A model generated the notes under the pieces. The model had not been told where the DNA came from. It ran no database searches and worked only from the letters and a program-made list of their open reading frames with translations. From an uncultured virus (IMG/VR IMGVR_UViG_3300044611_000958) (taxonomy: Duplodnaviria; Heunggongvirae; Uroviricota; Caudoviricetes), in the IMG/VR virus record IMGVR_UViG_3300044611_000958: a DNA stretch of 64,000 nt. One strand, 5' to 3'. The stretch's first letter is position 1. Every line of letters starts with the position of its first letter. The position numbers and the translations under genes are program-made. This document shows positions 50,139-58,541 of this stretch, in pieces.

Positions 50139-50784
50139 AATAGTCTTCCGCAAAGTATGGTTTCAATTTAATATTTCCAACTTCATCTGACATGTTTTCA
50201 ATTCTTGTCTTTATTTCTAGCTCGTCAACGTTTCCCATTCCAGAGACATGATAAGTACCCATGCCCCACCTATATACCATGGTTACATCTGAAAATTCTT
50301 TAATTCTTGCGTTGTGTTTAAATGTTATATCGTCATCTTCTCCAAATGACTTGTCGCCAAAACTAATTCTATTAATATAATTAGAAGTATAAACATTTCC
50401 AGTATTAATATTATTGTGTGTTCCGTGATACTTATTATTTACAAACAAGTGATGCGACCTAGATCTGTATACATCGTGTAATACATCCAAGTTGTCACTT
50501 ACTATGTTTAAGGCATTTCTATATAATAAATCATCATCGTCTAGTCTATAAATATAGTTATGTTTGGCTTGGTTAAAACCCCACTCTAGCTTTTTAGATA
50601 TAGACGAAAATCTTTGTTTAACATTAAATATTTTTACATTTGGAATGTCAATTTCATAGTCTACTTCTGGAGCATCATTAATTACTAACATTTCGCAATC
50701 TTCTCTATTTTGTAAGCAAAAAGAGTATATTGCTTCTTCTAATATCTTATGCCTTTTATAAGTTAGCGTTAATACAGATATCAT
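50119..50784 (-). CDS. GT2-family glycosyltransferase
   Basis: 'ISVL..TY.R...LEEAI.S', 'LDDDD' DxD motif, 'GED'. Confidence 0.85.
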   Translation of the reverse strand: MISVLTLTYKRHKILEEAIYSFCLQNREDCEMLVINDAPEVDYEIDIPNVKIFNVKQRFSSISKKLEWGFNQAKHNYIYRLDDDDLLYRNALNIVSDNLDVLHDVYRSRSHHLFVNNKYHGTHNNINTGNVYTSNYINRISFGDKSFGEDDDITFKHNARIKEFSDVTMVYRWGMGTYHVSGMGNVDELEIKTRIENMSDEVGNIKLKPYFAEDYYAKISN

Positions 50785-51461
50785 GGAATATACAATTTAT
50801 TATCTGCAAATGTCTTGTCAAGTGTAATGTTTTGATAAACGGCTCTGTGTGTTTTTAGTAATTTAATAAATATATTAGCAGTATCTTTTACGTCTTGCAA
50901 AGCGTCGTGAGCATTATCCTTAGATAGACCCATTTTTTCTCTCATTGAATCCATGCTTATAGATTTAATTGTTGGATCGCTTTCTGTCCACAGGAACATA
51001 TTATCCATAACATCAACTTTGTAAACCTTGCTAAACAACTTTTGCTGCTCTCGCTTGTTGTCCCAAGGTCCAAACTGTTCACATAGCCTATTTATAATGA
51101 TCATATCAAATCCTATAATATTATAACCAACAGGTATAGGACTAAAGAATGGATCGTTTTTCCAATTATACTGATTTACGAAAGCTGTAAATTTAGCCCA
51201 TACTGATTTTAGTGGTGGCGCTTTTTCAAGAGCTTCTCTAGTTTTATGCGTAATCTTCAAAGCTTCATCTTCTATAGGATCTAATCCAGCGGCTATAGCT
51301 TTGTCATCATCTAATATTGGACATATGTCACTATTGAAAGTACCCTTGAGTGAAAGGTTTCTTCCATCCAATGCTAAAGCTGCAATTTGTGTTGGTTGCG
51401 TTTTATGCGGATTACGAGATCCTGTCTCCCAATCAAATACGATGAAATCACGATTTGCCAT
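50781..51461 (-). CDS. dnaQ: DnaQ/DEDDh 3'-5' exonuclease (Pol III epsilon-like)
   Basis: ExoI 'FDWETG', ExoII 'GYNI.GFD', ExoIII 'HDALQD'; start refined to ATG 51461 (SD AAGGAG). Confidence 0.85.
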   Translation of the reverse strand: MANRDFIVFDWETGSRNPHKTQPTQIAALALDGRNLSLKGTFNSDICPILDDDKAIAAGLDPIEDEALKITHKTREALEKAPPLKSVWAKFTAFVNQYNWKNDPFFSPIPVGYNIIGFDMIIINRLCEQFGPWDNKREQQKLFSKVYKVDVMDNMFLWTESDPTIKSISMDSMREKMGLSKDNAHDALQDVKDTANIFIKLLKTHRAVYQNITLDKTFADNKLYIP

Positions 51462-52086
51462 GAATATGCTCCTTGTGTGATGTGGAACTGTAGAGTGTCT
51501 TGAAAATTGTCTGATCTTTATTTTGTTTAAATATTGCCTCACAAAAGTCTAGAAACTCTTGCTCTAACATATTTCCCTTCATGATATTAACCCTTTTATG
51601 TACCCATTGCACATTTCCTTCTATATATCCTTTGGATGGGTCAATTCTGTCCAGAGATGCTGTACCGTATCCCATCGCGTGTTCTATATTGTTACGCGAA
51701 AAGAATATTGGCAAACCGGTGTATTTACATTTTCTTTCTTGGGCTATAAATAGATTCCAAATATACTCTTTGGTTACAAGAAATTCTATTCCGCGACTTT
51801 TAGCCCCAGCTTTAATAGATGACAAAAATGTTCCTTGCATATCCTCATATCCAGTAAATCTTGGGTTATCCACTCCGCTTAAATAACAACGTTTTTTTCT
51901 AAATTCTATTCCATTTGCCACGAGTATCTTTCTAATTTTTCTTGGATATGAATTTACTTCATTAGCGATCTGTAAAGCGCTCTTACCTTCCTTATATGCT
52001 TTTACTACATATTTATGATCGATGTCCTGCGCATATTTTCTATCTGGAATAAATCTTCCATTTTCTTGATTTCTTTTAGTTGACAT
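51448..52086 (-). CDS. free-standing HNH-type homing endonuclease with N-terminal HTH
   Basis: 'CKYTG...ASLDRIDPSKGYIEGNVQWVHKRVNIMK' beta-beta-alpha-Me motif. Confidence 0.8.
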   Translation of the reverse strand: MSTKRNQENGRFIPDRKYAQDIDHKYVVKAYKEGKSALQIANEVNSYPRKIRKILVANGIEFRKKRCYLSGVDNPRFTGYEDMQGTFLSSIKAGAKSRGIEFLVTKEYIWNLFIAQERKCKYTGLPIFFSRNNIEHAMGYGTASLDRIDPSKGYIEGNVQWVHKRVNIMKGNMLEQEFLDFCEAIFKQNKDQTIFKTLYSSTSHKEHIHGKS

Positions 52087-52093
52087 AATTTTT

Positions 52094-52131
52094 CTCCGTG
52101 TAATTACCGTTCCTAAATATTATACACGAAA
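52094..52131 (-). promoter_or_regulatory. late promoter motif GTGTATAATA inside an SD-sequestering hairpin
   Basis: Minus strand reads TTTCGTGTATAATATTTAGGAACGGTAATTACACGGAG-AAAAATT-ATG; TTTCGTGTA pairs with TACACGGAG, which contains the SD. Confidence 0.6.
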
Positions 52132-52136
52132 TAATT

Positions 52137-53750
52137 TCAAAACTGGGTTAAGTTTGATATATACATCAATTTATCAAGAAGTGTAATTCCCAAAACGTCG
52201 AATTTTACATGCCCTAAAGCTTCTAAGTCGGCCATTTCCAATCCTGCGATTTTTTCAGTGCCATTTTTTTGTTTAACCATTGGACAAACTGTATGCAACG
52301 GATTAGCCGATATAACAACTCCAGCAGCATGTTTTCCCTGTGTCTTAAAGGTGCCTTCTATTTCTATAGCCTGTTTAAAATATTCGGCATAGTCACCAAC
52401 AATATCTCCATTATTATCTATATGACAAAAATCTTGTAGCTCTTTAGATCGATTAATTAAAGCCCATTTGATAATAGACCTATCTTCATCGTCCATTTCT
52501 GCCAACTGGTCTGAAATTTCTGCTTCATTAGGAACACTTTTGGTTATAGCGTTCATTTCAGCAAAAGAACACGCCTCATTGATGCGTAACACTTCTTTAA
52601 TGGCGCTTCTACCCTGCAATCTACCAAATGTGATCATTTGGCTAACGTGTTCTACTCCATATTTTTCTCTAAGATAATTTATAACATCATCTCTTTTCTG
52701 AGCAGGCACATCCATGTCAATATCCGGTAATGATATGTGGTCTGCTGAGTTTCTGCCAGCATTATAAAATCTTTCAAATAGCAAATCATACTCAACTGGA
52801 TCTATTTGCGTTATTCCTATTAGATATGAAATTAAACAACCGGCAGCACTACCTCTTCCCGGCCCGCTCATCCAGCCAGCATCATTGACATACTTAATAA
52901 TATCTTGCACTATTAAGAAATAACCAAAGAGATTAGCACTTTTGATAACCTTTAGTTCTTCAGTGAATCTGTCTAAATATTTTTGTTTGTCTAAATCGTT
53001 CTTAACTTTGCCTGTATCTATAAGTAACTTTTTCCATCCAACCCTTGCCAAAGTCTTTAAGTAATCCTCTTCTGATAGATTATTTGGACACTTAAAAGTG
53101 GGCAACATTGGCTTGTTTAGAATGTTATAGTCTTCACACTGTTCATATATTTGTGTCAATTCTGTTGCATCTAAATCTTTAGATTCTTCTTTATCTAATA
53201 CATAAAACTTATCATGCAAAAAGTAAGTTAACTTATCATTATCAATGCCGTCTTTTATATTGATGTTTCCATTTTTATCTTTTCTAATTTTTTTTGTGAC
53301 CTGTGGCAGAGTTGTTTTCATCTCTGAGCATAGCAATATTCTGTGCAGTTTGGCATCTTCTTTTTTGATATAATAACTAATTGGCATAGATTGTGTTGGG
53401 GAACTAGATATCTTAATGAGATTTTTCTTATTCAGCATTTTGCTTAAAGTGTCATCAGATAAATTTCCTAACTCGTCTAGCGACGAAACCAATTCGATTA
53501 AATCATACCAGCCATTCTTATTTTTGGCGAATACAATAAATCCATCAAAAGAACAACCAATAATAGGTTTAATATTAACCTTCTTGCAGGCTTGATAAAA
53601 AGCCACAGCCCCGGAAATGGACTTATAATCACATATCCCACATGCTGGATAATTATTATCTTTGCATTTTTGCGCTAGTTGTTCCGGTTTAGAAAAGCCT
53701 TGAAGTAAACTATAATGCGTAAAATTTTTCAACGGGAACCAATTGTTCAT
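52137..53750 (-). CDS. dnaE: DNA polymerase III alpha, N-terminal half (degenerate PHP + palm/thumb)
   Basis: 'YSLL.G', 'KPIIG', 'GPGRGSAAG', 'LLFERF', catalytic 'PDIDMD', 'HAAGVVI', 'KFDVLG'; start refined to ATG 53750. Confidence 0.9.
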   Translation of the reverse strand: MNNWFPLKNFTHYSLLQGFSKPEQLAQKCKDNNYPACGICDYKSISGAVAFYQACKKVNIKPIIGCSFDGFIVFAKNKNGWYDLIELVSSLDELGNLSDDTLSKMLNKKNLIKISSSPTQSMPISYYIKKEDAKLHRILLCSEMKTTLPQVTKKIRKDKNGNINIKDGIDNDKLTYFLHDKFYVLDKEESKDLDATELTQIYEQCEDYNILNKPMLPTFKCPNNLSEEDYLKTLARVGWKKLLIDTGKVKNDLDKQKYLDRFTEELKVIKSANLFGYFLIVQDIIKYVNDAGWMSGPGRGSAAGCLISYLIGITQIDPVEYDLLFERFYNAGRNSADHISLPDIDMDVPAQKRDDVINYLREKYGVEHVSQMITFGRLQGRSAIKEVLRINEACSFAEMNAITKSVPNEAEISDQLAEMDDEDRSIIKWALINRSKELQDFCHIDNNGDIVGDYAEYFKQAIEIEGTFKTQGKHAAGVVISANPLHTVCPMVKQKNGTEKIAGLEMADLEALGHVKFDVLGITLLDKLMYISNLTQF

Positions 53751-53800
53751 ATGCAATCCTTTTGTCAAAAAAGAACATCAACACGCAATCTATTATATCG

Positions 53801-54007
53801 CTAGCCGTCACGTTTGGCAAACACTTTGCTGATCTTTTTAACTAAGTCGCTGCCAGCGGTTTGATAAAAGCAAGGCAAAACAGCATGTAACAGTAAGTAT
53901 ACTCCAGCTATTATGCAGAGTGTAGCATACATAAACGCAAACCTAAAGTGTTGCGAATATGTCATATTATTTTCTAATAAATGCTGTCTTGCTTTTGCTA
54001 ATAACAT
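53801..54007 (-). CDS. small membrane protein, DUF6356-like
   Basis: 'HL..NNMTY.QH..FA...LLLHAVLP.F...A.S' pattern. Confidence 0.6.
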   Translation of the reverse strand: MLLAKARQHLLENNMTYSQHFRFAFMYATLCIIAGVYLLLHAVLPCFYQTAGSDLVKKISKVFAKRDG

Positions 54008-54011
54008 TTAA

Positions 54012-54887
54012 TCACCAGCTACGACACGCCCAGTATCTAGCCTTATATTTTGGACCCGGATTATCACAGTTGTGTCGCGCCCTAAAGCTTTTACGACGTT
54101 CTGGATTATTCTTTTTAATTGTCATATTGGGATCGCCAAACCTAACAATAACAACGTTGCCACTTTCGTTCTTAACATAAACAGCAAACTTCTTTGGCCC
54201 ACCGGGAGTTCTAAATGGTTTATTTAAAGTAACTTTTCTTCCTTGATATTCAGAGGCTTCTGTTTCTTCTTCTTCGTCATCATCTTCATATTTTTGCGGT
54301 TCATAATATTTAACAAAATCGTAAACATTTTGTATATATATTTCTGCCTTAGAAATCATGTCTTTTGTCCAATCTTGGAATTCTACCGGTAGCGAAACTT
54401 GTTTTAGTCTCATTACTATTTCCATTAATTGGTCGTGCATTTTTTGTATCTGTTCTACGGCCATTTCATCGCCGCTGTCTGACTGAGCCTTTTTCCAAGC
54501 GTCTTTACTTGGCCTATCTGGATCTCCCGGCTTAGCTGGTTTATAATTTTTACCTTCTCTCTCTCTTTTTTTGCGAATATTTTCCCATAACCCAGGCTTC
54601 TCCGCAGCAACATCCCAATCTTCTGACTCTTCTCCAAAATCTTCATATTCAGCTTCTAGTGGGATATAAAAATTGTTTTCGGTTAGTTCCTCTTCATAAC
54701 CAAAGTTCTGCACTGTATATTCAAAATCTGCGGCTTCAATCTTATCGCAAGATTCTATTGCCTTTGATATACAAATAGCCGTTCTTTGATCGGTATCTGT
54801 ATATTCCTTTTTCATTACATCGTCAGACATACATCTAGACATAAATGAATTTTTATCTTCTTTTTCTTTTCGTGATGGTATTGGCAT
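54012..54887 (-). CDS. modular hypothetical protein built from small domains seen in large-phage genomes
   Basis: Modules 'MPIP....FMSRCM', 'GLWENIRKK', 'DWTKDMISKA..YI', 'EYQGRKV.LNKP...RRKSFRARHNC...ARYWACRSW' joined by acidic linkers. Confidence 0.55.
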   Translation of the reverse strand: MPIPSRKEKEDKNSFMSRCMSDDVMKKEYTDTDQRTAICISKAIESCDKIEAADFEYTVQNFGYEEELTENNFYIPLEAEYEDFGEESEDWDVAAEKPGLWENIRKKREREGKNYKPAKPGDPDRPSKDAWKKAQSDSGDEMAVEQIQKMHDQLMEIVMRLKQVSLPVEFQDWTKDMISKAEIYIQNVYDFVKYYEPQKYEDDDEEEETEASEYQGRKVTLNKPFRTPGGPKKFAVYVKNESGNVVIVRFGDPNMTIKKNNPERRKSFRARHNCDNPGPKYKARYWACRSW

Positions 54888-54897
54888 AATGTTCTCC

Positions 54898-55749
54898 TTA
54901 AATTATAATTTTTTGAATGGCCTGTTTAAGTATGTTATCTATACTTCCAGAAGGCACTTGATCTTTAAAATGGGTATATATATCTTTAATCATTTGATGG
55001 TTTGGATCTTGTGTTAACTCTAACCAGCCAACAAAATAATTCCAAATTCTATCTTCTAATACTAACCTGTATTTAATACCAGCTGGGCGACCAAATCTAT
55101 GTAGCCACTTAAAGTCTGGCAAGCATAGAGCTTTTCCACCAAGCTGTCTAAATTTTTCATGTATATATCCTTCTTCTCCACCAAATCCTTTAAAATGATT
55201 ATTGAATCCTACCCAGTTTTTTGTTTCGCAGGAAAATACTCCAAGTCCCTGCATCGGTATTTCAAACGGTTGATTAGACTGTAGACCTTCGTAGTCTGTA
55301 GCCCACTGACCATACATTCCAGAAGACCAGTTTGGAACAAAGTGCGTGGAAGGAGATTTTAAATCATCATAAATTAGTGGCCCCTGTATAATATTTTTGC
55401 AATCTGGATTAGATTCATAATAATTTAACAGAGTATCTATAGCATTTTTAAAAAACATCACATGGGAATCCATGCAAATTGTATATTTGCCAGAAGCATT
55501 TCTAAACACTTCGTTTCTAATGGCCGTTCCACTTCTATATGTATATGGTATGTATTTACCATTATTAACCCAATTCATAAAACTTTTAGTCGCTTGACCG
55601 TGTTGAGAATTGGGATTATTATCTACTACAATGATTTCAACATCATCATTATTGCAGATTTTATGGAACATTCTTAATGACTGTATGGAGAAATACACTC
55701 CATCAAAATCATCATATGTTGCCATACCTATAGTTAATAGTTTGCTCAT
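54898..55749 (-). CDS. GT2/GalNAc-T-like glycosyltransferase
   Basis: 'LTIGMATY', 'IIVVDN', 'CMDSHV' (DxH), 'GFGGEEG'. Confidence 0.8.
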   Translation of the reverse strand: MSKLLTIGMATYDDFDGVYFSIQSLRMFHKICNNDDVEIIVVDNNPNSQHGQATKSFMNWVNNGKYIPYTYRSGTAIRNEVFRNASGKYTICMDSHVMFFKNAIDTLLNYYESNPDCKNIIQGPLIYDDLKSPSTHFVPNWSSGMYGQWATDYEGLQSNQPFEIPMQGLGVFSCETKNWVGFNNHFKGFGGEEGYIHEKFRQLGGKALCLPDFKWLHRFGRPAGIKYRLVLEDRIWNYFVGWLELTQDPNHQMIKDIYTHFKDQVPSGSIDNILKQAIQKIII

Positions 55750-55751
55750 TT

Positions 55752-56777
55752 TCAACCCGGAGCCTCGTAAAATCCTATATTGAAACCTTCTCTAGTGCAA
55801 TCTTTAATCGTTTTGTCCATCCCGTGAGTATTCAGATAGTCTTCTATGTATATACACATATTTTTGTCGGTTTCTGGCCAGCTATTTTTGCAGAAGTGGC
55901 ACAATTTAGAACATTTCCAGTTACTTCTATCTTGAGAAATTGGTTTTGGTTGATTGTTTTTTTGAATGTCTTTAAATCTTTGTTTTAGCATGTCCAAAAA
56001 CTTTGAATGATCTGACTTGTCAAAGCACATTGAAAAAGGTCCACCGTCCTTAATGAAAAATATAGACATAATAGCCTGTTCATAATCTGGAAATAGCTTA
56101 GAAATGGCATAGTTATATAACAGCAATTGTGGATCTGAGCATAATTTTTCATATGTTTTTTCTTCTCCCGTGGCCCAATCTAGTCTTCGTCCCGTTTTCC
56201 AATCTATAACTTCTATTATTTTGTCACTTGTTTTTGTTACTAAGTCAATTGTTCCCTTGATGGCTAATTGTCCATTTATTTTTTTGCCATCTGGTAAAAC
56301 ATATTCGAATTTAGCCCAATCTTCCTCTATTGGAATGTCAAAGTGCGGCTCTGCCGCAACTATGTCTCTGTTTCGTGGATCAAATTGCCCATGGTTAAAG
56401 TCTAAAGTTGTACATATTAGACTATAGCAATTTTCTTTATCAAGCTTAGTAAAAGAGTGTGCGGAATTCGCCGTATAAAATTCAAAACTTTTATCCAACA
56501 AAGCACTAACCGTCTTGTCTTCATAGAGTTCTTGCTTTGTTATTGATATTTTTCCCAAGGAGTCATCTTCAATAACTATTTTCTTACTCTTGCCTTTAAG
56601 TTCTTGTTCTGCTTTTTTTAATGACGCTAAGCACTCTAACACCTTATGAACAATTGTTCCAACGTCTGCCTTTTTTCCACTTACAGACTGATGACCCAGA
56701 ACGTATGTAATAAAGTATTGCATTTGGCAGTAAGCATAATTATTATAACTAGAAGATCTAATATATGTTACTAACAT
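55752..56777 (-). CDS. Cas4/AddB-like PD-(D/E)xK exonuclease with Fe-S cysteines
   Basis: N-terminal Cys, 'GTIVH', 'E...GTIDLV', 'IDWKTG', 'QLLLY', C-terminal 'C...CHF...C'-type Cys cluster. Confidence 0.85.
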   Translation of the reverse strand: MLVTYIRSSSYNNYAYCQMQYFITYVLGHQSVSGKKADVGTIVHKVLECLASLKKAEQELKGKSKKIVIEDDSLGKISITKQELYEDKTVSALLDKSFEFYTANSAHSFTKLDKENCYSLICTTLDFNHGQFDPRNRDIVAAEPHFDIPIEEDWAKFEYVLPDGKKINGQLAIKGTIDLVTKTSDKIIEVIDWKTGRRLDWATGEEKTYEKLCSDPQLLLYNYAISKLFPDYEQAIMSIFFIKDGGPFSMCFDKSDHSKFLDMLKQRFKDIQKNNQPKPISQDRSNWKCSKLCHFCKNSWPETDKNMCIYIEDYLNTHGMDKTIKDCTREGFNIGFYEAPG

Positions 56778-57520
56778 TATACGCTCCATTCTTTTGATAT
56801 ATTTGATAGCATATTACTTAGCTTTTCAATTGATTGATCTTTATTGTCTATAACAATGTCAAACTTATCCCAATCAAACTTGTCTTTATCCAATGCTGTT
56901 TCACACTTGTGGTCAGAATGATGAACATCTCTAGTTAATCTAATAACTATTCCACCGTTCTTGTGTATTGCTTCTACTTCATTTGGAAATCTAACATCTG
57001 GAATAATAGATACCTCAGAACCTTCTCCAAGAATAGACGAGATTGTGCAATCTACCCATGCGCTGTCCTTAATTTTTCTGATAACATTTGTCCCAAAGTG
57101 TTGCATAAATTCTCTTGCCGTTATTGGGCCAGTTAAATTGTTATGATTCTCTGGCATGTCATCCCATAGCAAATCAGTTAATTGGTTTTTGTGTTCGTCT
57201 GACCCATAAACTTGATCAAGAGTTAAACCAAATAGTGAGTGGCAAATGTTTTTTAGACTATCTGCAAAGTGATATACTTTAACGAATGGCCACAATTCCT
57301 TTTCTGCATAATTTACAAAAACAGAATCTTTTCTCAAGATATCAAATATGCCCCAGCCAACGTTGCCGTTTGAGTCATTTGTTTTGATTTCTAGCTTACC
57401 ATCATTACTAAGATGAAAGTCTTGTACCATTTCTTTTGTTTTGAGAACATGTCCAGTAATATAGTTTGCACATGTATTTTTACCAGACTGTTTCCTTCCA
57501 GAAATTCCTATGATTTTCAT
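56777..57520 (-). CDS. deoxynucleoside monophosphate kinase
   Basis: 'IIGISGRKQSGKNT', 'FADSLK', 'REFMQHFGT', 'PDVRFPNE', 'H.CE'. Confidence 0.85.
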   Translation of the reverse strand: MKIIGISGRKQSGKNTCANYITGHVLKTKEMVQDFHLSNDGKLEIKTNDSNGNVGWGIFDILRKDSVFVNYAEKELWPFVKVYHFADSLKNICHSLFGLTLDQVYGSDEHKNQLTDLLWDDMPENHNNLTGPITAREFMQHFGTNVIRKIKDSAWVDCTISSILGEGSEVSIIPDVRFPNEVEAIHKNGGIVIRLTRDVHHSDHKCETALDKDKFDWDKFDIVIDNKDQSIEKLSNMLSNISKEWSV

Positions 57521-57521
57521 A

Positions 57522-58541
57522 TTAATACGTTCCTTCTAGCTTAGATAAAATTTGTGAATGTATATCATCAGTAGACATATCCCCTAGGTCTTTTGCTGAT
57601 AATCTTGGAAAAATTAATTTGTAAGATCTATTTAATTGTCTGTGCAGTTGCACCCTAGCCTCTTTTCCAGCTTGGTCGTTGTCCATTATAATAACAAGCT
57701 TAGTTAATGGTAATCTATGTAATTTTTGTAGTTGTTCTTCCGATAAAGTTTTACCGAATAGGCTCACGGCATTAAAAACGCCCGCCTCATACAGCCTCCA
57801 AACGTCGCCCTGTCCCTCTACAATATATAGACATGATTTTTCTACAGCCATTACTAAAGCTCTATGGTAGTTATATAGGTAATATCTTTTATCTAAACCC
57901 TTTGGGTATAGTAAGAATTTTGGCAATCTATATTCTTTTGTAGCTCTTCCTATGCATCCTACTATTTTATCTCCAGAGTCATTGTGTATTGGTATAATAG
58001 CTCTATCTTTCATTAAGTCAGAATCTAAAGAATCTTTTACGCCAAAATAATTTAGTGTATCAGCTTTAAACCCTCTTTCCATAAAGTATTGTGAGGATTT
58101 AGATAACTTAAATTGTAAATCTATTTCTTTATCGCAAGGGGATTGGCTTGACTGATTAAAGACTTCTATAATATTTGTAAAGTCTGAATATAAATCTACA
58201 TCGCCGTTAGCAGTTTGCGTATTACTTAGCTTTCTATTAAATTTAGTATTTATCCACTTTAGTGCATCTTTAAATTCCAAAGATTTTCCGCTTTGGTTAG
58301 ATAATACTCCAACTATTAAACCAAATATATCGTTTTTATGTTCTTGCTGGCATTCTTTTGTCCAGCATTTCCATACGCCTTTTGTTTTAGAGAATGAGAA
58401 AGCTCTTGGATTATCACTACCTTCATGCACTGGGCATGTAGAGTAAATGTTATCGCCAAAAACTTCGTAGTTCATTCCCAGTTTTTGAAATACAGACTCT
58501 GCATTATCATTCAGATATGTCTTCAGTTGTTTCAATTCCAT
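57522..58541 (-). CDS. dnaG: DNA primase (zinc finger + TOPRIM)
   Basis: 'CPVH...WKCW...C', 'IVEGQGD', 'MDNDQAG', 'KD'. Confidence 0.85.
   Translation of the reverse strand: MELKQLKTYLNDNAESVFQKLGMNYEVFGDNIYSTCPVHEGSDNPRAFSFSKTKGVWKCWTKECQQEHKNDIFGLIVGVLSNQSGKSLEFKDALKWINTKFNRKLSNTQTANGDVDLYSDFTNIIEVFNQSSQSPCDKEIDLQFKLSKSSQYFMERGFKADTLNYFGVKDSLDSDLMKDRAIIPIHNDSGDKIVGCIGRATKEYRLPKFLLYPKGLDKRYYLYNYHRALVMAVEKSCLYIVEGQGDVWRLYEAGVFNAVSLFGKTLSEEQLQKLHRLPLTKLVIIMDNDQAGKEARVQLHRQLNRSYKLIFPRLSAKDLGDMSTDDIHSQILSKLEGTY

Noticed and set aside
50781..51542. N-terminal extensions given by the ORF track (51542, 53768, 60000, 56789, 40021, 35326, 4812)
   Set aside because: Downstream ATGs with an SD or stop-start overlap fit better, so starts were refined.
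50138..52137. Split intein or self-splicing intron joining the dnaE halves
   Set aside because: No intein terminal motifs at either end. The gap is filled by three intact coupled genes, leaving no room for a group I/II core. Not formally excluded without RT-PCR.
55752..56777. CRISPR-Cas system suggested by the Cas4-like nuclease
   Set aside because: No repeat-spacer array or other cas genes are visible; solo Cas4-like exonucleases are common in phage replication modules.
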